From the NCBI GenBank assembly GCA_973895155.1, contig OZ316894.1:1115968-1179967 (forward strand): 64,000 bases of DNA, written 5' to 3'. This DNA is from Marsupella aquatica. Its lineage: Eukaryota; Plantae; Marchantiophyta. This document shows positions 23,225 to 37,660 of this stretch, piece after piece. The translations under genes were made by a program, and so were the position numbers. The notes beneath the pieces were generated by a model that did not search any database, was not told the DNA's origin, and worked only from the letters and a program-made list of their open reading frames with translations. How positions within the stretch are numbered: the stretch's first letter is position 1; every line of letters starts with the position of its first letter.

Positions 23225-26200
23225 GGGGAAGTTTTGATCAGACGTGTTTAGATTAGAACCTTGGTGTCAACACCAAATACTAAAATACTTACATTCTTTC
23301 GAAAAAAGGAGGCGGAAAAGTACACTTCGTTTCTTCAAAACAGTTTTGATCAGTTCGTCCGTCGTCCATACGGACAGTATGTGCACCACACTATACAGTC
23401 AATCACACGAAAGCTGCCTACAAGGGGAAAGAGAACATTTGGAGAGGTTTCATGCCCAAGATCAACAAAAGAAACTCCGAAGGTGTGGTTCACCAGCGCC
23501 GGCATTGCTTATTCGAGAACGCTACGAACATGGAGTGTACATATCGAATCGGCCGCTAGCCTTCAACTTGCGTAGCTAGTCGTCCTCCGGCCCGGATTTC
23601 GAAACCATTCTGCCATTTTTTACGCTTTTTCGTCCACTTTGGACAGTCAGCTTGAAGTTTTGATCACGTAGATGAGTTTCAACCAGTGGAATCAGATTAA
23701 TAGGCCTTTGCCTTTGACGAGGATTCCTCGTACGAAAACAAAAGTAGGTGAGAGTTGATAATATATCCGGCTGATATGTTGGAGCCACCTCCAATTATTG
23801 CTACGAGGCAAAGACTGTACAGCTCAGAATACTCGCCTTCGTTCTTTGCAGGCTGCTCTGTATATGTCATTGTTGATTGACCAGTCTCCACATAATTGTG
23901 GCATTTTTGAATAAACGAGTTTCTTCTAGGTTTTAGGACACAGATCCGATGTCTTCGAGTCACTCACATTGTAACTCACATTCCTCCGCAGAAAGCATGC
24001 ATTGGCCAAAGTGGATATGTTCACAAGTTTACTGGGGTTTGGAGACTGATGTGGCCTTCTACGGCCAGCAAGGTGTCATAGAAATATGATTATGCAGTAA
24101 ACGAAAGTGTATTCGGCGAACACATGATCGACCACAATTTTCCTTTGACACTGTTTTCGATTTCATTGTAGATTGCTTTCTTTGTGACAGATTGGACAAT
24201 GGAGAAATCGTGCTAGAGAAGTAATTGATTCGTCAGATTGTCCGGTGCTTTTGAACCCTGAGTAAATGTTCCTCACGTCTCGAACGTCGTCTTCTACCCA
24301 ACTCTGTGTATTGCGTTAGTTCCTTTCTTAGTGTCGATTAATCTGTGGTTGTTAACACATCCAAGTTGGCCAAGTAACTGTAATCAATGAAGGCCAGAAT
24401 CGATAAAATCGATTGCATCCGAGACGAAGCCACCAGAAACGTAGAACTTGAGATATGAAAGTACGACACAAACCACAGTACCGTCGAAAATATGCAAGAG
24501 CAAGAAATTCGAGATTGCCCGGCAATAGTAGGCCATTTCCTAAGCCCATTATATCGGAAGGTTCACTTACTCGCAATACAAAAGTGTAGACGCGCTTGAC
24601 TGCCCTGATAAGAATGGTCTCGTTTATGTAGCTTGCTTGTTGAGTTCGCCTCATTTCAAGTGCTACAATTGTCACAGAAAATACTCGACAGGTTATAGAA
24701 GGAGATTGTCTGAAGTTTACTACTGTAGTGTAGCGTCACTCATCCGAGCTGTCATGCCAGGCTAAAGTTCCCAGTGGCTCTTGTGAACACCGATCGGTCA
24801 CTGCCTTTCTAAGTACTACAGCTGCTGAAGGGTCGTAGGTGACAGAAGCTTCTCTGCACATGTATTCAGTTACAATATTCGTTCTCTCCTCCCTGACCCC
24901 TTTATTATATTCCATTTATTATTATATTCTCCTCCATTCCATCATTCATGAAGCATGGAACCTCCCTCGTTCCATCGTTGACGCAGCACCTCCTGTAAAA
25001 ACCATGGACACTCGTCACAGTCCATCACAAGTCATAGTAAAACAACGTTCGGCATGGCCGCCAACGGATTTGCAGTAGAGCTCCCGTACTTTATTCCCGA
25101 CAGCTAGCCAAACAGGTCCTGCAAGTCCGCAAATCAGACTAAAGCTTCCCTCCTGTAGAGGGGACGGTACGTTGCCTGCGGAGTGGCGGTGTTTTGGAGT
25201 AGACTTGGCCCATTGCGAGACTTGCGAGTGCTGACGCAGCTGAGGCCTCGACTCCGAGTCCTCGTCTTCACCTGGACGGAATTTTGAAGTACTTTTCGAA
25301 ATCAGCACTCAATAATGATTATTCTCGTTCAATCGATCCCCGCAACGCTCGTTGGATTTGATTCCGAGATGATCATTGCACCCGGCAGGCATCAGTCAGG
25401 TCCAGTACGTTGCAGCCTGGGGAAGTAAAAGTTACGCTGTGGTCATCTCGTACCCGAGCCACCATACCCATTCCTTCTAATGATGAGCAAAAAGACTTCT
25501 TGCTGTAAAGCTTGTACTGTACTCGACGGAAACTTCCTGAGAAGCTTTCCGTGCACGATCGGTCCGCTACGTCCCATGCAAGGAAGTTGACGACGGTTGA
25601 CAGCCAAACGATTGCGGTTCCATCATCCATGCTCACCTCAGTTTCCTGAGAGAGTATTCCACTCCCAACACAACGAGAAAAGCCATGGAAAAGCTGTTGC
25701 GGATGGAGAAGTTGCTACGAAACGCATTCATTTGGAAGTCTTTAAATTATTCACTAATAAGATGATGGACTTCAAGGAATCGATTGAGTCCAAATATATA
25801 GCACAAGCTAGACAATATATATTGCACATGTGCACAAGCTACTAAAACATGGAAATCTAGTTAATGAAAGGTAATCAAATGCTAGTCCCTGGACCGATTG
25901 TGTAGAGTGAAGCCTATAGACCATGATTCTAAGTGAGGGCATAACTAAGAAACCTCTAGGTACTCAAAGTGAGGGTATAATTAAGGGTGTACACAAAAAC
26001 CAAGTACTGGAGCAAAGATGAACAAAAAACAGCATCCTTTTTTTTTTGGTTGTTTTTCTGCTCATCTAAAATTATGTTCAAGTTAGGAGGTTCTGGGAAC
26101 TGTTAATAAGGCTAGTTAAAAGGAACATAGACAGACAAACCGAGAAGGAAAACAGAAGTGTTCATCCTAATACATGCCTGTTTTGTCTTATTGAATACCA

Positions 26201-28143
26201 GATTGTCCTGATAATCTACTCCCCTCCCAACCACCACTCCTATCCATCTGATCGCAACATACTGGTATGTTTCAATTCTGAGCCCAAACTTTCCACACCT
26301 TAATGGGAGAGATATGCTTAATCAACCCCCTCCATGCTTTTCCCCAATCTGGACCGTTGATGGATCTTTAGATCTCAGATCTGGACCGTTGATAGACCTC
26401 AGGGGGTTGATCAAGTAACAAGTTCATTTTGGGGGTCTATCAAGCAAATACCTCACCTTAATGGGTAGCATAGGGAAATTCAACAATTGCGCAGGAGAGT
26501 TGTGGGAAGGAATAGTGTTTCTGTGGCGCCTGAGGGTGAAAACACAAAGCAGAAAATGTGACTTGGGCAAAATGCAAGTTATCTCAAAGTCTGGCCTGAA
26601 ACCAAAAGAAAAATGCAAACAAAAGTAGGAGTGGGTGCATGCTCGTTGTGTCCCCGGGTTGTGTCCACTGTGACCTGAGATATGGTATGATGCAAGCAAA
26701 TAGGAATTTTTTATAGCAAGGAGAATGTTGTTAGCTAATCACTAGTGATTTTTAAGTTCTTTTGATTTTTACTTAACTTTTGTATTTTGAGTGTATTTCT
26801 AAGACTCCAGATGGCTAGAGAGTTTGCTAGCCAAAAGAGGAGTCCCCAAAATGGATTTTACTAACCAGAATTGGCTACTTAGAGGCTATTTAACTTTGCT
26901 AGTGAGTGGGGGTTTTCACTCATAACAGTACTAAATTTTTTACTGTTTGCTCACAAGCTACAATTACCCCAGACACTGAGATTGCAAACAACTTCTTTAC
27001 TTTTGCCTCGGTCCTCTCTCACCCCGTGTACAGTGCCTTAACTGTAATAAAAATGTGATTCAACTTGAGTATTGGGCCAAAGTGGGGGTGAGTACTAGAT
27101 AATTATATGATCATTGTGCCCAGGCAACGTGCCTTCCTGTATGTCTAAGGGAATCAATAGTGTTGACTAAGGGCTGTGAAATGCAGGACTCATGGTGAGA
27201 TTCTGGTGCTGACCTTGCCAATGACATCTGATTATAAGAACATCTAGTTTTGAGACTTATAAGAAATTAAGGTAGGGTTAAAGATGTTTTTTAAGTATAT
27301 TCCAAGAATATTTCAAATTAATAGGGGTATGAAGCCTGAAAACACTGCAGGTGATTGGGGGGTCACCAGATAGTGAGACCCCCGAGTATCAAATTTTTGA
27401 AGCTGCTATATGGTGAATGCACATTTCAGATTTTGTCTTATTCAGATTTTTGTGTCATGTATTTTCATTTCAATCTGCCTTATCAAGGGGCAGCCTTTGT
27501 ATTCTATACATTTTTAATTATACCCTTTTAGTTTTAGTTATTCTAGAGTGTTTTGAACTTATTTTGGCAGCCCCCTTTCACAGTATGTGTTTTCTTAGAG
27601 ATGAAACCAAAGGCTCCACCACCACGAGTGAGAGAAATGATACTGAAGAACATGAATGCATAGCCTCTTAAGTTCTCCTCATGTTTTTCTTTCCTAGGTT
27701 TATGGTTTTTATTGAAAGGAGTGTCATTCATAAGGCAACCTGAGTTAAGTGCACACATCTAGCATAGTTTGACTGTACCTTTTCTTGGTCAGTGTGCTGC
27801 TTTTCTTGGCAGACACTTTACTTATATAACAGCACTTCTATGCTCTCATATTTTATTTACTTTCAGATCACTACAAGACAAAAAATAAAGCATGTTCCAG
27901 GATGAGCATGCTATATAGTGAGACCCCAGTATCAAATAAAAGGATTTCCTTGTGGTCAAAAGGTATGAAGTGATTGGTGCTAAATAATGCCAATTTTTTT
28001 GGCATAATAGCAAGAAGAAGGGTGTGCAAAAAGCCTCTCCTATTTTGGCATTACCAGTCAGAGGCTCTAACTTAGTCTAGACCAAGACAAGCATGCCAGT
28101 TTCAGATTACGCGGGTTTCCAAACCAGAACCGAAGGCTAGCGG

Positions 28144-28229
28144 GCCACTGCCATTGAATGCAAGAGACCAAGCCACTGCCATTGATTGCAAGAGACCAAG
28201 CCACTGCCATTGATTGCAAGAGACCAAGC
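28144..28229. repeat. 28-bp minisatellite x3
   Basis: gccactgccattga(a/t)tgcaagagaccaa head-to-tail, no spacers. Confidence 0.95.
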
Positions 28230-31200
28230 GTCCGAGGGTTTAGACTTGGTCCCTCAAGAGGTGGTTGAAACTTTTATCAGAACAATTGTGTCCATGTAAG
28301 ATCCAAGAGACCCACCAAATGCCGTGTAGGATGGGAAGGTGCTAGCAGTCTTCAAAAGTCAAGAATGGCTGGTCATACAAAACAAATAGCTGGCCGGGAT
28401 GAAATCTGAATGTCCAAATTAAACAAATAAGCATCCATCCAGCCGCTCTTGTAGACCAGCCTTACTAAGTTTGGATGGGGATATCATTCCTCATAATGAC
28501 AACTAAAAGTCAGAGTAGAACTTCTGATTTTGTGTTTTGGCTTAGTTTTGCGTATCTTTACACAACAAGTGAAGTCAAGTTTGAAGAAGGAAATTTATTT
28601 CTTTCTTTTAAGCGCAAAAGCCATTCAAGGACACAGGACATGCTAGTTCCTTAATTAATTAATTAATTAATGTAAGACGTGAACTTTTAATTAAGAAAGC
28701 CAGAATAAGCTCTCATAAATTAGAAAATAAATATAATGACTACCATATCCAGTAGAATAGAGAGGACTTGAAAAAACAAAACAGGTTGAAAGTAAATGTA
28801 AATACAAATTTATGCAAAGCACCATTAATAGCCCAAATCAGATTGACATATAAACACTCAATAAGAAATTCAAATAAAACAAGATAGCAACAGACGGTTC
28901 CACCACACAGCAGTGTCAAAGATACTGTTCCACATATTTTGTGGTAAATTCCTAAAAGCACAATACATTGTGGGCCCAGTGTGACCTTTTTACATGTGTT
29001 TGCAGTTTTCTTGCCGTTTTGCAAGTGTGAGGTGGGTCCCACTAGGCAAAAACTATATATTTAAGTGAAAACCATGGATAAGTGCATACTTGCAATAGCC
29101 CCCAAGTACATGAGGGTTAGAGGATGCTTTTGTTGATAAGCGTAGGATATATTGACATAGAATGTTATTTTCCAGTACTCCAAGATTTATGTTGGGGTAT
29201 TACTCATTCTCATGGCAGGGATAGGAGTAAACTTTTGACACCGAGTATCTAGAAGTAAAAAGTCTTTTGCAATTGCATTGATAGCAAAGTTTTTATCTAT
29301 AATTCAAGATGGATTGGTTTGCACTTATGTCATGATGTGAACCATGTAAAGAGCATTCCACCGGTTAAGGGGTTTGGTCACGCTAACGTGGTTTTGTCCA
29401 AACCCGTTGACAGGTACACAGAAGGGCAAACAGTAACACAGTTGCAAAGTATGGTTACGGGGTTTTTGTTTACAGAAACTCGCTAAACAAGTGCCACAAT
29501 AGTGCATTGACTGGATATTAACTGTGGCATCAAAGGGGTTTCGTGAGATTAAAATTGGGTGGGCTTAGACAAGCCAAGCTCCGTGCATGAAGGAATGCAA
29601 AGTGCACAAACTACAGGAAATGCTAAACTATCCCTAACCGGTGGGCTTGCTCATAGATGAACTCAGTTAGGTCTTTAGCCCATCCCAAATGTAGCTGTCC
29701 GATTATGGTGTATTAAATATATAGTGCAAGGAAACCCATCAGCATTGGAGATGCTCTGTGCAAAACAGGCTCTTTGTCGTAGACCTTTATAAGCACTTAT
29801 ACAGGGTAGAGTGTATAAGTTTAGGGTAGAAGTAAGCTGCAGATTATATGAAGACAATAATTATAAGATGAGCACCTGCCAGACATGACTGCAGAGCCAT
29901 GTCAGTCATATCAAGACATGTGCATAATGTTTCTCTTAAAAAACCAAAGGAAAATAAATGCTGTGCATGTCTGACTCAACGAGCTCTTGGGAGGAACGTC
30001 ACAACCACGTGGTTGAAAGAAGAGTCCGACCACATGCCTAATTCGGAGTGAATAGACTGATTTCGGAATTCCTGCAACTCTTCCTGAGTAAACTCCTGAG
30101 CACCACTGCAAACTTATGCTCGGCAAGCTAGCAGCTCTTCTCACCTCTAGTGCCCAAGTCAGTGGATATCATGAAAATGGTGATTGAACACAGCACCCCT
30201 GGAAAGTTGTGTCAGGCAGCTCTTCTGAGCATCAGATCAATGGATATCTTGCAAGTGGTGATAACACAGTGGTTCTCTAATTAGATTGCTATGGTCTTCG
30301 AAGTGGCTGAGTTTCTCGACAATGCACCCACTGCAGCCAACGCAAGAATGAACAGTGTCGGTCACTCAGCTTTTTCCAAACGATGCTGTAGTTGGTTTTC
30401 ACTTTCGACTTCTCAGGGACGCTCGTTTTGGTTGGCCGACACGAGGGGACTAACACTGAAGGCTGGATGCCAGATTTGCGCGTGATTCTATAGATGTTTC
30501 AATTATAGGTGCTCAGTCTCGTCGGAGAATTGCTTTATCTTCAGTCATGCGTGCCTAGAAAAAACAAATTGTTTCGAATGAATTTTCCGGGTCAAAGATT
30601 CGCTAACGTGGCTAATTCAACCATCATAAACACAATTTATAAGTTCTGACAGCTTACAGAGTTCAATTGGCGACTGAAGAGAATGAAATAATAAGAATAC
30701 TGTCCAATGATTCATCAATATGACAGGGTGTTCCACTGAAATCGAAATTGTGCAGAGATTTGTCCCGATCAAGTCGTGCTCTTTTATTACTAGGTATCGT
30801 TTCCATTGCTGATTCTGTCAGCTGGCATTCTTTATTGGGTGGTTCCTTTCCCATGAGAACCAAAATTTGTGTTCCGCAGTTTTTCAGGGCTATGATAAAC
30901 GAGTGACAGAACGAATTTGGATGTATTGCTTTATTCACTCGAGTTTGAGATGACTTTCTTAGCTCACTCATCTTTTCCTGTCCCGCTTTCTTCCATGTTG
31001 GCATTGTTTGCAGTGTATTATGGTTTAGGGCAACCTCTCTTTCGGGGAAATAATAGACTTGGAAAGTCCCAGCATTCATTCCCAACCTCTTCCAGTTGTA
31101 TTAATCGTCTACTTTTTCGTTTCGTTCCCTCAGAAGCAGAAATCGTCCCTAATAACAGACCCTGCTCCCGTTCGAAGCAAGAATGGACAGTTTCGGTTCA

Positions 31201-31295
31201 TTTGTAACGTTGGATCAGAGTTCAATTTGATCACAGTCCAGAAATAAGTGGGCACTTTGTGTTCCAGTAGATCCGGACAGGGTCAGGGGACGTCG

Positions 31296-32705
31296 ATGGA
31301 AGGCACCCCTGAAGAAACGGGGCAGTTGGAAGGGAGACGATCCTTACTTAAAAACCAGCAAGAAGGTTCGCCCATGGCAGATGTATTCAGATCGTTCGAA
31401 TTTATGGAGGAAAAGTCTGGCTCCGGCCGAACTTTGCGTTGCAGAACTCTGGGCCACGTTGACTACTGTTTCCTTATTATGTAATCGTGCTCAATCCTGG
31501 GGACTGTTTGGCTAGGTTGGAGATATGACAAGTTTGAGGGAATTTGGAGCTTTTGGCAGAACTCCAAGTTGGAATATGACTCCGAATCATTATCCGGAGT
31601 GAACATCAGCATTGTGACGAGGGCTTTGGAGAGTGGTGCAGTTTGCCTGGATGGATCACCCCCTGCATACTTCCTTGATAGAGGCGCTGGTGAGGGTGCA
31701 AACAACTGGCTCCTTTTCACGCGGGGGGAGCTTGGTGCCAAAATGCTGATAACTGTCTACAACGTTCATACACAGAACTGGGTTCATCCAGGCAAATGCC
31801 ACGTCGTGTTTGGTTTGAAGGCATCCTCAGCAGCTCTCCTGCTGCCAACCCAGATTTTTACAACTGGAACAGGGTATTTTTGAAGTATTGTGATGGGGCT
31901 TCTTTTAATGGAGATGTAACCGAAGTGGGGTTGGACACCAATTCCTGAATTGATGGTACGCCTCTGGTTGTCTTCTACCGAGGGCAGAGAATATGGAAAG
32001 CTGTAATGGGAGAGCTTATGGAGAGAGGCATGAAAAATGCTCAGAAGGCATTTCTTTCTGGTCGCTGAGCAAGGGGCCCAACAATCCTGCATTGTGATCA
32101 GTACCGGGACATGATACCAAACACAACGGCTGTCAAGTGCCTCAGCGATGCTGGCTTTTGTTTTGACATACCAGATGTCAGTGGGGTGCAAATCATAGAA
32201 GTTTTGTATGCTTGCGCTGTCCAATTGCAGAACATGGTTGAAAATTCGCCAAAGTATTGTACCTCTGAAAGGGAGGCAACTTGGTGCATTTTCCCTGAGT
32301 ACATCATAACAGGATTAAAAATACCGTTATTCATCCTCAATGCAGGGTACGATTCATGGCAGATGGACAACATTCTTGTTCCACCGACTGCCGATGCTAC
32401 AGGCATTTGGGATGACTGCAGGAGTGCTCTCTCATTATGTTCTGATGCCCAATTCAGGGTTGTACAAGATTTTCGGGATAGCCTTCTGAAAAAATTACAA
32501 CCACTCCTTCAAAGGGAAAAAGACGGGGCATTTTTCTACTCTTGCTATTACCACTCCCAAGCTCAAGATGGTGAAACCTGGAATGGTCCAAAAGTTGACA
32601 ATTAAATCGATTGCACAAGTTGTTGGAGATTGGTACTTTGAGCGTAATTTTACAAAAGTTATTGATTGTTCATTTCAGTGTAACCCAACCTGTCCAGAGT
32701 CTTGA
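31296..32705 (+). pseudogene. Pectin acetylesterase (PAE/Notum family) pseudogene, intronless
   Basis: [80 protein letters not shown]. Stop at 31482-31484, frameshifts near 31725 and 32603, and the GCSAGG nucleophile codon is TGA (32066-32068). Confidence 0.9.
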
Positions 32706-34099
32706 TGTGAATTGAAGGACTGGTGCTAAAAATGCTCTTCTCACCTAACGGGGTGATCCTAGGATAAGAGTTCAAACTGGGACCATCTCTCTTATGCAAT
32801 TATGGAAATGTCGTCATTCAGAGTGAAGACTTTCATTCTATCCTCTTGTATGACTCGTCGGAGACCAAGGGGTGAATGGCAATGCAGTGCTTAACTGAGG
32901 TTCCTGATAATCATTGGCCCTGCATAGCTGCAAAACTATGCTTCAACTACTTCCTGTTGAAGCTTATAAGGAATTTGAAGGGGTCCCTATAAAGAGTCTG
33001 GAAGATAAGAGATTTTGTCTGTAAGTTTGAGTTTGAACAAATTATTTGCGTGGATGGTGAATTACCTTGTGCCTGAAAGTTACCGTTATAGGTCAGGTAA
33101 GAACGTTTCACTCTCATTTTTGTGAAATATTTTGTCACTCTCATAATGAGCTCCCGGGCCACAAGCCCACAGGGAAAAACTTACATTGAAAGGAACTGTC
33201 AAGATTATCATGAATTGAAATAAGTGATGGATGCAAGTTTCAGAACCAGAGGATTGAATTTCTTGCCTTGGTGCCTGGCTAGCTTAGACCAGAGAAGTGA
33301 ACATACAAGTGCCTGACCAATAGTCAGCAGCTGAGTCATCTATTTGTATGAAACCCTGACGAACATATCAATCAGTTCGGGATAAGTCCCAGATAAGTAC
33401 GTAAAACTGATTCTTAGTTTTGGAGGTCACGAATCTAGTGGATTCTACTCTGTGGAGCTTTTTGATCTAGCAAAAGGAAACTGGAGCAAAATAGCAGAAA
33501 TAACTGTTAGTATTCCATACATACGTAGATCCAGCTAAGGACAATTATAGTAAAGTCAAAGTGCACTAAAGACGAGCTTTTGTACTCGGGTGTTGAAAGT
33601 CTTAATAATCTACTCCATAATTTGACTTTCAACATACAATGCATGAACTTCCAACCGTAGCAGACTCCCGAGTCCGTCGGTGGAGTTACTTCATTCTTAG
33701 AATGATGCTAAACAACAGAAATTTGGAGCAGCTTGCCAGGAGATGGGTGCTTCTTAGAAAGGGCACACAACAAGAACCCAAGATTTTGACATCGAAGCTC
33801 AAAGCTCACTCGTTCGATTACATAGCAATCAAATCCACAAATTTAAGCGTACCCATTTCACTAGCCGATAGGCCCAACGTGAGGGCTCAAAACTTGGTTC
33901 CACTACCTACACATACATTATTTTTCTTTTTTTTCTTACTGCACTTGCAGTAGTCAATATTTCGCTAAACAAGTCCTTCCAAAATAGTATGGAGATCAAT
34001 ATACAAAATCACAAATTTGAGTGTGCTTGTTTGTTAGTTCTACCACTGTGAACATCGGGGCTTCTGTCGCTGGCTTTCTTTCAGGAGCAGATCGAGCTG

Positions 34100-36104
34100 C
34101 AAACGACTGTGATGAAGAGAAACTGCAATTAAAGCCGGAACCGGCTATAAGTGTGCTTGCGTTACATGTCTAGGGGTGCTTCCCTGAACCGCCCAGCGAA
34201 CCAATCTAATCTCCAACCCATGCAACTCCACTCTCCTCGTCAAATCATCCCCTCGAGTCTCCCCCACTCACTGAACATTCTCTCCACTGCTGACTCTCCT
34301 GCAGCCAGAATTCGGCCAAAGCCTCTCAATTCCCGAAGATAGTGATGCCTGTCTGTGCTGAAGACATGGTAGTGGATGTCATATAGCACATTGGCCATGA
34401 CGACCTCCGTCGGGTATGGCCAAGAGTAAGTGGGAGAGTAAGAGGTGCACAAGCTGACGGGAACTCCCGCATGTATTGGCAAAAGGTGCAACTATGTTGA
34501 CACTAGCTGCAACTGTGAACAGAACTACAAGGAGAAGTGTCGGCACTATTTGGGGCTTTATCCCCGGAAGTAAGATGAGGGTACATCTTTATGAGACGCC
34601 AATTCCCAGCCCGGGAAGCGATTGAACGAGCATCTTCCATGGTTCCACCAAGGATGGGTGACAATCATATTTGGCGCCGCGCGGAAGCCCCTCTCCACAA
34701 TTGACCAGCTTCATATGAGCCTCCCGCTTCCGAAGACAGAAATCGATGTCTTCTCCTCCACCCGTCTTGGGGAATCTGGGATCGAACAAAATGTCATCAT
34801 TGTTGCGTCGGATCAGGAGATTTGCAGTGACTCCCCAGGGTATATCTTTGCTCTCAAGTACGTCGTCACACCCCAGAAGAATGTCACACCTGACATCACT
34901 ACTGCACTCGAGACCACGCTGTTTGTGGGATCTGGGAGTTCGGTGTGGCCAACAAACCCGCAGGCCTTAGGATACCGCCGAATCATTTTTTCTGCTTCCA
35001 GAAGAATACGAGGATCAGGAACGACGTCGTCATCGAGGAATAGCACGTAGTCCGCAGCTGATTCTGCTAACCCGCAATTACGAGCTTCACTTGCACCTGT
35101 GTTGGTAACGTTAATTCACCCGGATACAAATGAAGGCATCGGGTTCGTGTCGCTTCTTCAGCTCCGGAATGTCTAGCGAGAGTCGGTCGTCGACTATGAG
35201 TATGGTCATGGTCGAGCAAGTTTCAGACGGCTCCAGGTTGATGATGTTCTAGATACCCAGGAGTGGGGACTACAACGTCCAAAGTGAGAATTTCAAGAGG
35301 AAAATCTTGTGATAGAGTACTTTGGTGTTGCGTCAGCCACCGTCTAACCTTTGCAGCACCATCGTCAAGGGCATAAAATGTCCAATCGTGACGATGTTTC
35401 TTTCGATAGCGGGGCTGTTTGCTTCCCCCCATTGTGTTTTCTAAAACAACGTCTTTAATAAGCATTAGGGAACCCCATCTCCAATAAAGTTGAAACAGAT
35501 ATGGATCTCCATCTTGGTTCTAAAACTCCTTCGGAAGGATTTCTCCGTTGAATATCTCCAAATGAATTCGCCCCATGACAGGAAAGGTCCAGAATCCAGG
35601 AGAGTAGCCATCGGAGAAAGAAATACAGCCAAACCCTCGAGGGACTCCTCCCTTAGATTCCAACTCGCAGAACGCTATGTCGAAGCTGGACATCCAACCT
35701 GGAGTCTTGAGAACAATGTTGTCACCCAGAAGGACTGTGTAGTGACACTGATCTGTATGCGCTCTCCTGGCAAGGTCCCGCCATATTGCACACATAGAGC
35801 CAGAAGGGTAGAAGAACACCATCGTCTCCACATTTTCAATTCCATGCTCTGTAAGGACCTGCTCAACTGTGTTGCTGCTTGACAGAAACTTGTCACTCTC
35901 ATCAACCCCAATATAGACCTTCAGCTCGTATCCGACATCACGGATCTTGCAGACATCGCAAGGACATGTGTCTCCTTCCGTTGTTTCTTTGAGGCTCTTT
36001 GAAAAGTTCCTGAGACCAAGAATGCAGCCATCTTTGCCTCGGAGACCTCTGGAGGTAACCAGAAGAAGGACACCGAACTTTACACTTCGTGTATTGAAAT
36101 CCAT
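34100..36104 (-). pseudogene. Two-domain glycosyltransferase family 2-like pseudogene with C-terminal TM region, intronless
   Basis: VLLGDNIVL, GFGC, F*NQDGDPYLFQLY (TAG 35520-35522), LDVVVP, GASEARNCGLAESAADYVLFLDDDVVP (DxD), FPKTGGGEDIDFCLRK, HPWWNHG, RMFSEWGRL. Several frameshifts and stops. The 3' boundary is approximate. Confidence 0.8.
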
Positions 36105-36889
36105 GATCTCAATAAGCGCTAAAGAGAATTTGAATCCAGTTCACTGATCACAGTCACCGACTTATCACAAAACAGAAAAGAGTTTGAATTACGGACAATA
36201 CACTTTGAAAAGGCACTTGCTGTTCAGGCTGGGGCTCATATATATATAGACAGAGCCTCGGGGCGATCAGGAGACACGAGAAGGCTTGCTCGTTGGAATG
36301 GATTGGAGAGATCATGTTCGATCAGACACGCTGGGGCTAGAGCCTAGAACGTCTTGGGAGTGAGAATCTTGTCGACCTGATTTCACCGGGGTTCAGCTTA
36401 ATCTGCACGAGTGTTAAGTGTTACTGGGAAATTCCTTTATTGTTGCCCATCGGGTAGTAAGTTATTCAATTCCATGTTGCCCATCTACGCTTTATTGTTG
36501 CCCACTGGTTCCTCCCTTTTCAATGCTGTTTTGTCTATGGGTGTTGACCATTGTTCACACCAAATGAAGATATGAGGTTTATGTCTATGTTTGAAAGCTA
36601 CCCAGGGTGCAAGGATACACACTTAAGTGTAAAGTTTACTTGACATTAGTTGTGAGAGCAAGCAGTTCCTTGCAGCGAGTGAGGTTCCAAGCGCAAGTTA
36701 AGGGTCAACCCGCTTTTGCACAAACCTTCATCCCAAAGTGGTGTTCACCAAAGCCCTTTGCTCACAAAAAACTTACTCTTAGAGTTCAATGTCTCTCGTA
36801 TCATAAATGGAAATGGGAGGCATCTAAAGGCATATACCCCCACCAAAGAACAAAAAGCTCCAAACTAGGAGACAATATCCCAAAGGTAG

Positions 36890-37660
36890 GAGACCCAATC
36901 ATTAGTCTTTCTATATATTACACTCCAAAAGAACAAGCGGCGCCCAAACCGGATACAGGGACCCACAGGCAAAAGGCCCAACCAAGGGGAGGCCACCAAA
37001 GAAACCAATATATTAAAGAAAAAAGGCCATGGGACCATATTTATTGGTAAACTGCAGAGCCTCTTGAGTGACCTGCATAGGGGGAGTCTCACAACAAAAA
37101 CCTGACTAGCTGCCTAACCCCTAGAAAGAAAAGTAAATGCCTGAGCCCTCTAAAGTGCGACCAACACCCGCTGTTAAAAAAAGGCCGTCATGACAAACAA
37201 ATGCGGGAACACAGGTGGATAAAGCCTCCACTCAATGTTAAGAAAAGATCACCACTCAGGGTAACAAACAGCATAGGCCTCCTCCTTCAGTCATGCGGCC
37301 CTAGCAGTGCATGACCTGGTACATGAGCGTATAGAAATATTGGCCCCACTGGTAGGGTCAGCAACAACTACATCTCCAAGGGCCCGAACTCCAGCATGTG
37401 AACAGACGAGGTCAGCATGGTAGTGATGAAGTTCGTCATCCCAAAAAGGCAAAACTTGCCTTTGCTCCATGGACATGGTATCCCGAGTCATGGGCAATGG
37501 GAGCAACCACATCAATCCCAAATGTTGTTGTTGGTAGTGGTCCTCTCACTACCATGACCACACCAAAGAATGTGAACACCTCCGCCATCTAGTGGCATTC
37601 CACAGACAAATGTGGGCTTGCCCAGCAAGGGTGGAGGATACCAAGCCTGAGGCCCATAGA
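36890..37660 (-). mobile_element. 3' fragment of an RLE-type (CRE/NeSL-like) non-LTR retrotransposon
   Basis: Minus-strand remnants VCGMPLDGGGVHILWCGHGSERT (CCHC finger) followed by ADLVCSHAGVRALGDVVVADPT (PD..D restriction-like endonuclease motif) and a pyrimidine-rich tail. Confidence 0.65.

Noticed and set aside
24950-25650. Coding-like composition with short minus-strand ORFs
   Set aside because: No consistent frame or recognisable motif.
28144-28229. 28-bp repeats of CRISPR-like length
   Set aside because: Head-to-tail with no unique spacers, no cas genes, eukaryotic context: a minisatellite.
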